A DNA stretch of 64,000 nt from Eledone cirrhosa. Lineage: Eukaryota. The position numbers were made by a program, and so were the translations under genes. Positions within the stretch are counted from its first letter, which is position 1. Each line of letters starts with the position of its first letter. Below, one piece after another: positions 59,791 to 64,000 of the stretch. The notes under the pieces were generated by a model. It was not told the DNA's origin. It saw nothing but the letters and a program-made list of their open reading frames with translations, and ran no database searches. The stretch covers positions 9,982,001 to 10,046,000 of the forward strand of contig OZ024742.1 in NCBI GenBank assembly GCA_964016885.1. Reading direction: 5' to 3'.

Positions 59791-61590
59791 GGTAGATTTA
59801 GCTGCTGCATCTAACAGATCAAAACGGGTAGATTTAGCTGTTGTGTCTAACAGATCAAAACGGGTAGATTTAGCTGCTGCATCTAACAGAACAAAACGGG
59901 TAGATTTAGCTGTTGTGTCTAACAGATCAAAACGGGTAGATTTAGCTGCTGCATCTAACAGATCAAAACGGGTAGATTTAGCTGTTGTGTCTAACAGATC
60001 AAAACGGGTAGATTTAGCTGTTGTGTCTAACAGAACAAAACGGGTAGATTTAGCTGTTGTGTCTAACAGAACAAAACGGGTAGATTTAGCTGTTGTGTCT
60101 AACAGATCAAAACGGGTAGATTTAGCTGTTGTGTCTAACAGATCAAAACGGGTAGATTTAGCTGTTGTGTCTAACAGATCAAAACGGGTAGATTTAGCTG
60201 TTGTGTCTAACAGAACAAAACGGGTAGATTTAGCTGTTGTGTCTAACAGATCAAAACGGGTAGATTTAGCTGTTGTGTCTAACAGAACAAAACGGGTAGA
60301 TTTAGCTGTTGTGTCTAACAGAACAAAACGGGTAGATTTAGCTGTTGTGTCTAACAGATCAAAACGGGTAGATTTAGCTGTTGTGTCTAACAGAACAAAA
60401 CGGGTAGATTTAGCTGTTGTGTCTAACAGAACAAAACGGGTAGATTTAGCTGTTGTGTCTAACAGAACAAAACGGGTAGATTTAGCTGTTGTGTCTAACA
60501 GAACAAAACGGGTAGATTTAGCTGTTGTGTCTAACAGAACAAAACGGGTAGATTTAGCTGTTGTGTCTAACAGATCAAAACGGGTAGATTTAGCTGTTGT
60601 GTCTAACAGAACAAAACGGGTAGATTTAGCTGTTGTGTCTAACAGAACAAAACGAGTAGATTTAGCTGTTGTGTCTAACAGAACAAAACGGGTAGATTTA
60701 GCTGTTGTGTCTAACAGATCAAAACGGGTAGATTTAGCTGTTGTGTCTAACAGATCAAAACGGGTAGATTTAGCTGTTGTGTCTAACAGAACAAAACGGG
60801 TAGATTTAGCTGTTGTGTCTAACAGAACAAAACGAGTAGATTTAGCTGTTGTGTCTAACAGAACAAAACGGGTAGATTTAGCTGTTGTGTCTAACAGATC
60901 AAAACGGGTAGATTTAGCTGTTGTGTCTAACAGATCAAAACGGGTAGATTTAGCTGTTGTGTCTAACAGAACAAAACGGGTAGATTTAGCTGTTGTGTCT
61001 AACAGAACAAAACGAGTAGATTTAGCTGTTGTGTCTAACAGAACAAAACGGGTAGATTTAGCTGTTGTGTCTAACAGATCAAAACGGGTAGATTTAGCTG
61101 TTGTGTCTAACAGATCAAAACGGGTAGATTTAGCTGTTGTGTCTAACAGAACAAAACGGGTAGATTTAGCTGTTGTGTCTAACAGAACAAAACGGGTAGA
61201 TTTAGCTGTTGTGTCTAACAGAACAAAACGGGTAGATTTAGCTGTTGTGTCTAACAGATCAAAACGGGTAGATTTAGCTGTTGTGTCTAACAGAACAAAA
61301 CGGGTAGATTTAGCTGTTGTGTCTAACAGAACAAAACGGGTAGATTTAGCTGTTGTGTCTAACAGATCAAAACGGGTAGATTTAGCTGTTGTGTCTAACA
61401 GATCAAAACGGGTAGATTTAGCTGTTGTGTCTAACAGAACAAAACGAGTAGATTTAGCTGTTGTGTCTAACAGAACAAAACGGGTAGATTTAGCTGTTGT
61501 GTCTAACAGATCAAAACGGGTAGATTTAGCTGTTGTGTCTAACAGATCAAAACGGGTAGATTTAGCTGTTGTGTCTAACAGATCAAAACG
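59791..61590. repeat. 36-bp minisatellite
   Basis: ggtagatttagctgttgtgtctaacaga(t/a)caaaacg, about 50 highly homogeneous copies. Confidence 0.95.
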
Positions 61591-61684
61591 AACACATAGA
61601 GGTTCCTTAATTTGCTAGCGCCGTATATTGATGTAGTTGGGAGAATTCATTGATAATATAAATATATTTGCTGAGATAATGTCG

Positions 61685-62055
61685 AAAACCTGATAATATG
61701 GTTCGATATGAATCTGTGATAAGAGATTATAGGTTTTACTTATCTATAGTGAAATAATGTAGAGTCGATAATAGGGTTCGGTACAGAACTGTCATGATAG
61801 ATTATAAGGTTCACTTATTTATGATCAAATGATGTAGACTAAAATCTGATAATGGGGGTCGGTACAGATCTGTGATGATAGATTATAAGGTTCACTTATT
61901 TATGGTCAAATGATGTAGACTAAAATCTGATAATGGGGGTCGGTACAGATCTGTGATGATAGATTATAAGGTTCACTTATTTATGGTCAAATGATGTAGA
62001 CTAAAATCTGATAATGGGGGTCGGTACAGATCTGTGATAATGGATTATAGGTTTC
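61685..62055. repeat. 81-bp tandem repeat
   Basis: aaaatctgataatgggggtcgg at 61841, 61922 and 62003, plus diverged upstream copies. Confidence 0.88.
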
Positions 62056-63034
62056 CCTTCATACATAGAACCATTTATCAACGTCGATATGTTATCAAAT
62101 ATTTACCAAATGTAAACCTTGAGAAATTGGGTGCTGAAATCTTAAACAGAAATATCTCATCGTCATTCTGCAAACTCAATAAGAAACATGGTTATGATAT
62201 AGAATATTCTCTAAGTGCAGTTCATTTGAACCTTAGATAAATACATAAATGAATAAATATTGAAATAAGTACATAGGAAGATATACAGGAAAAATAGAAA
62301 AATCGTTGATTTAACCAAACATTCTGCAAAAGGAAGACGACCTCGATATTTGCAGAATTAATGTAGAATCTGGCTAGTTAAGCTAATAAGTAAAATCTGT
62401 ATTGTGTACACCAGCATTATTGATTTTGAGGCCTGCTTGTTGCGGGTGTAGGGTTGAACGAGGTAGGGGCTGAAGCGGAGGAATGATGGGGGGGGGAGAT
62501 TCAAGATGGAGTTAATGGGTATTTTGTGTAAGATAAATTTGATTAAAGAATGATGGAAAAATAACGTGGGCGTCGACGCAGAAAACAAAGTGTGATAGGA
62601 GAATCTATAAGAGATGAAGATTGGAAATAAATGAAAAAAATAAGAGAAATGATAGAAGGATAGAATGTTGAAATGGTAGAATGTTGGAATGGTAGAATGG
62701 TGGAATGGAGAAAGGAAGTGAGAGGTTGATAGAGAGAGGGGGGGGGGGGGGAATAAAATGAAATGATTTTAACAGAAAACACAGGAAAGAAAACAAAGAC
62801 TAGTTGGATTAGTTTTAAAAGTAAATAGCAATTTAATATTCTTATATGAATAATTCAGTGCAAGAAATGATGTGACGATGGAACTGTCAGTATGTAAAGA
62901 GATGGGGGGAGGGAGCTTAATAAACATTGAAGTTAGAGGAATAATATCTACTGTGGGAAGTTTACAGAGAGGGTGACAGTACTACATAGTAGCAGGAGTC
63001 GGACCATTTGATATTATTAAATGCTGTATGGTAG

Positions 63035-63620
63035 ATAAATTCCTTTATTAGCCACAAGGGCACAACAGAAGGGGACAAATACAAATTGGGAGTTTACATA
63101 CAATTATATGAAAATAAAACTATTAATAAAATAACAAATAACAATTGACATCCCCAATAGGGGAGGCGTTACACAGGGGTTGTACACACCACGAAAAAAT
63201 GTACAACCCGCATCTCCAGGAGTACCAAGAGTGAGTACTCCCTTCCTCTCTTCCTCTTTTTCCTCAACCTACAGGATTATATAGAGAGAAGGCCCAACCA
63301 CTCGAAACATCTTTGCCACATTCACCCACCTTTTATAAAACTTGCCTCTCTCTCCATCCTGATTCTTCTTCGAAAATGATATTTGAAAAAACGAATCAGT
63401 TGCTCGCCGGAGAGAAATGTGTCTGACCTCAGCCCTTTTAACCTCGTCCACCATATAACCTCTTTCACCATAGCCATAACACAGAGGAAAACCGCCTCTC
63501 CCTCGTTTTTGAAGGAGTGTGGCGGTTTGATCATGACAATGGACTCGGTGGTCAACTGGATTGGTCACACCAGCGACAACAGTCGTTCTACATAGCCCCA
63601 CAGGTCGGAAACGCCCGGGC
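63035..63620 (-). mobile_element. L1/Tx1-like LINE 3' end fragment
   Basis: LWGYVERLL..VFLCVMAMVKEVIWWTR..FFKYHFRRRIRMERE..KRWVNVA resembles the ORF2 C-terminus after zf-RVT. Confidence 0.6.
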
Positions 63621-63644
63621 AGTTAGATAGATAGATAGATAAGT

Positions 63645-64000
63645 TTCTATTTATTTGCCACGAGAGCACAAAAGAAGGGGACAAATACAAGGGGGGAGTT
63701 TCCATAAAGGAACGAGTAAAAAACAAATAACAAATATAAAATTAACAATACAGTCCTCAATAGGGAGGAGGCGTTTGGGGGGATACACACCCACCCGAAA
63801 AAGTGTGCAACCCTTTTCCTTAGGAGCACAGAGAGGAGGTGCTCCTTTGCACTTCCACCTTTCCACCTACAGGTTGATATAGAGAGAAGGCCCATTCACA
63901 CGGGTCATTCTCGCTACTTTCACCCACCTTTCATAAAACTTGCTGGGGTAGAGCACCTCTCTCTCCATTCTGATCCTTCTCTTAAAATGGTATTTAAAGA
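63645..64000 (-). mobile_element. Second, diverged L1/Tx1-like 3' end, continuing past the window edge
   Basis: FKYHFKRRIRMEREVLYPSKFYERWVKVARM; homologous to 63045-63390 and adjacent to a (GATA)n run. Confidence 0.6.

Noticed and set aside
59843-61618. 591-aa repeat protein ORF
   Set aside because: Stop-free 36-bp unit, non-ATG start, no unique domain

Overview
Repeat-saturated, AT-rich eukaryotic DNA, most likely an octopod cephalopod (inferred from the recurrent tRNA-derived SINE family and repeat landscape). No intact host gene is recognisable, and most listed ORFs are translations of micro/minisatellites. The only clear coding sequence comes from retroelements: a disrupted Penelope-like element (PLE) with RT plus C-terminal GIY-YIG endonuclease (Hydra-clade motifs, minus strand, 19381-22365), a second 5'-truncated copy, a small fragment of another PLE, and RTE, CRE-like and L1/Tx1-like fragments. 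The main signal is non-coding. I can fold by eye about 16 type I hammerhead ribozyme (HHR) motifs from about 7 unrelated sequence families, plus a few degenerate ones. Most lie in short non-coding elements next to (TA)n tracts, and many form fold-back or tandem-plus-inverted structures. One is a 467-bp tandem HHR array (22934-24325) resembling a retrozyme that could release a unit-length RNA. Several HHRs have unusual cores: U3-A8 covariation, CAGAAGA, a U.U pair at the base of stem II, or a long or absent stem II. Ribozyme activity and PLE-driven mobilisation are inferences and were not tested.
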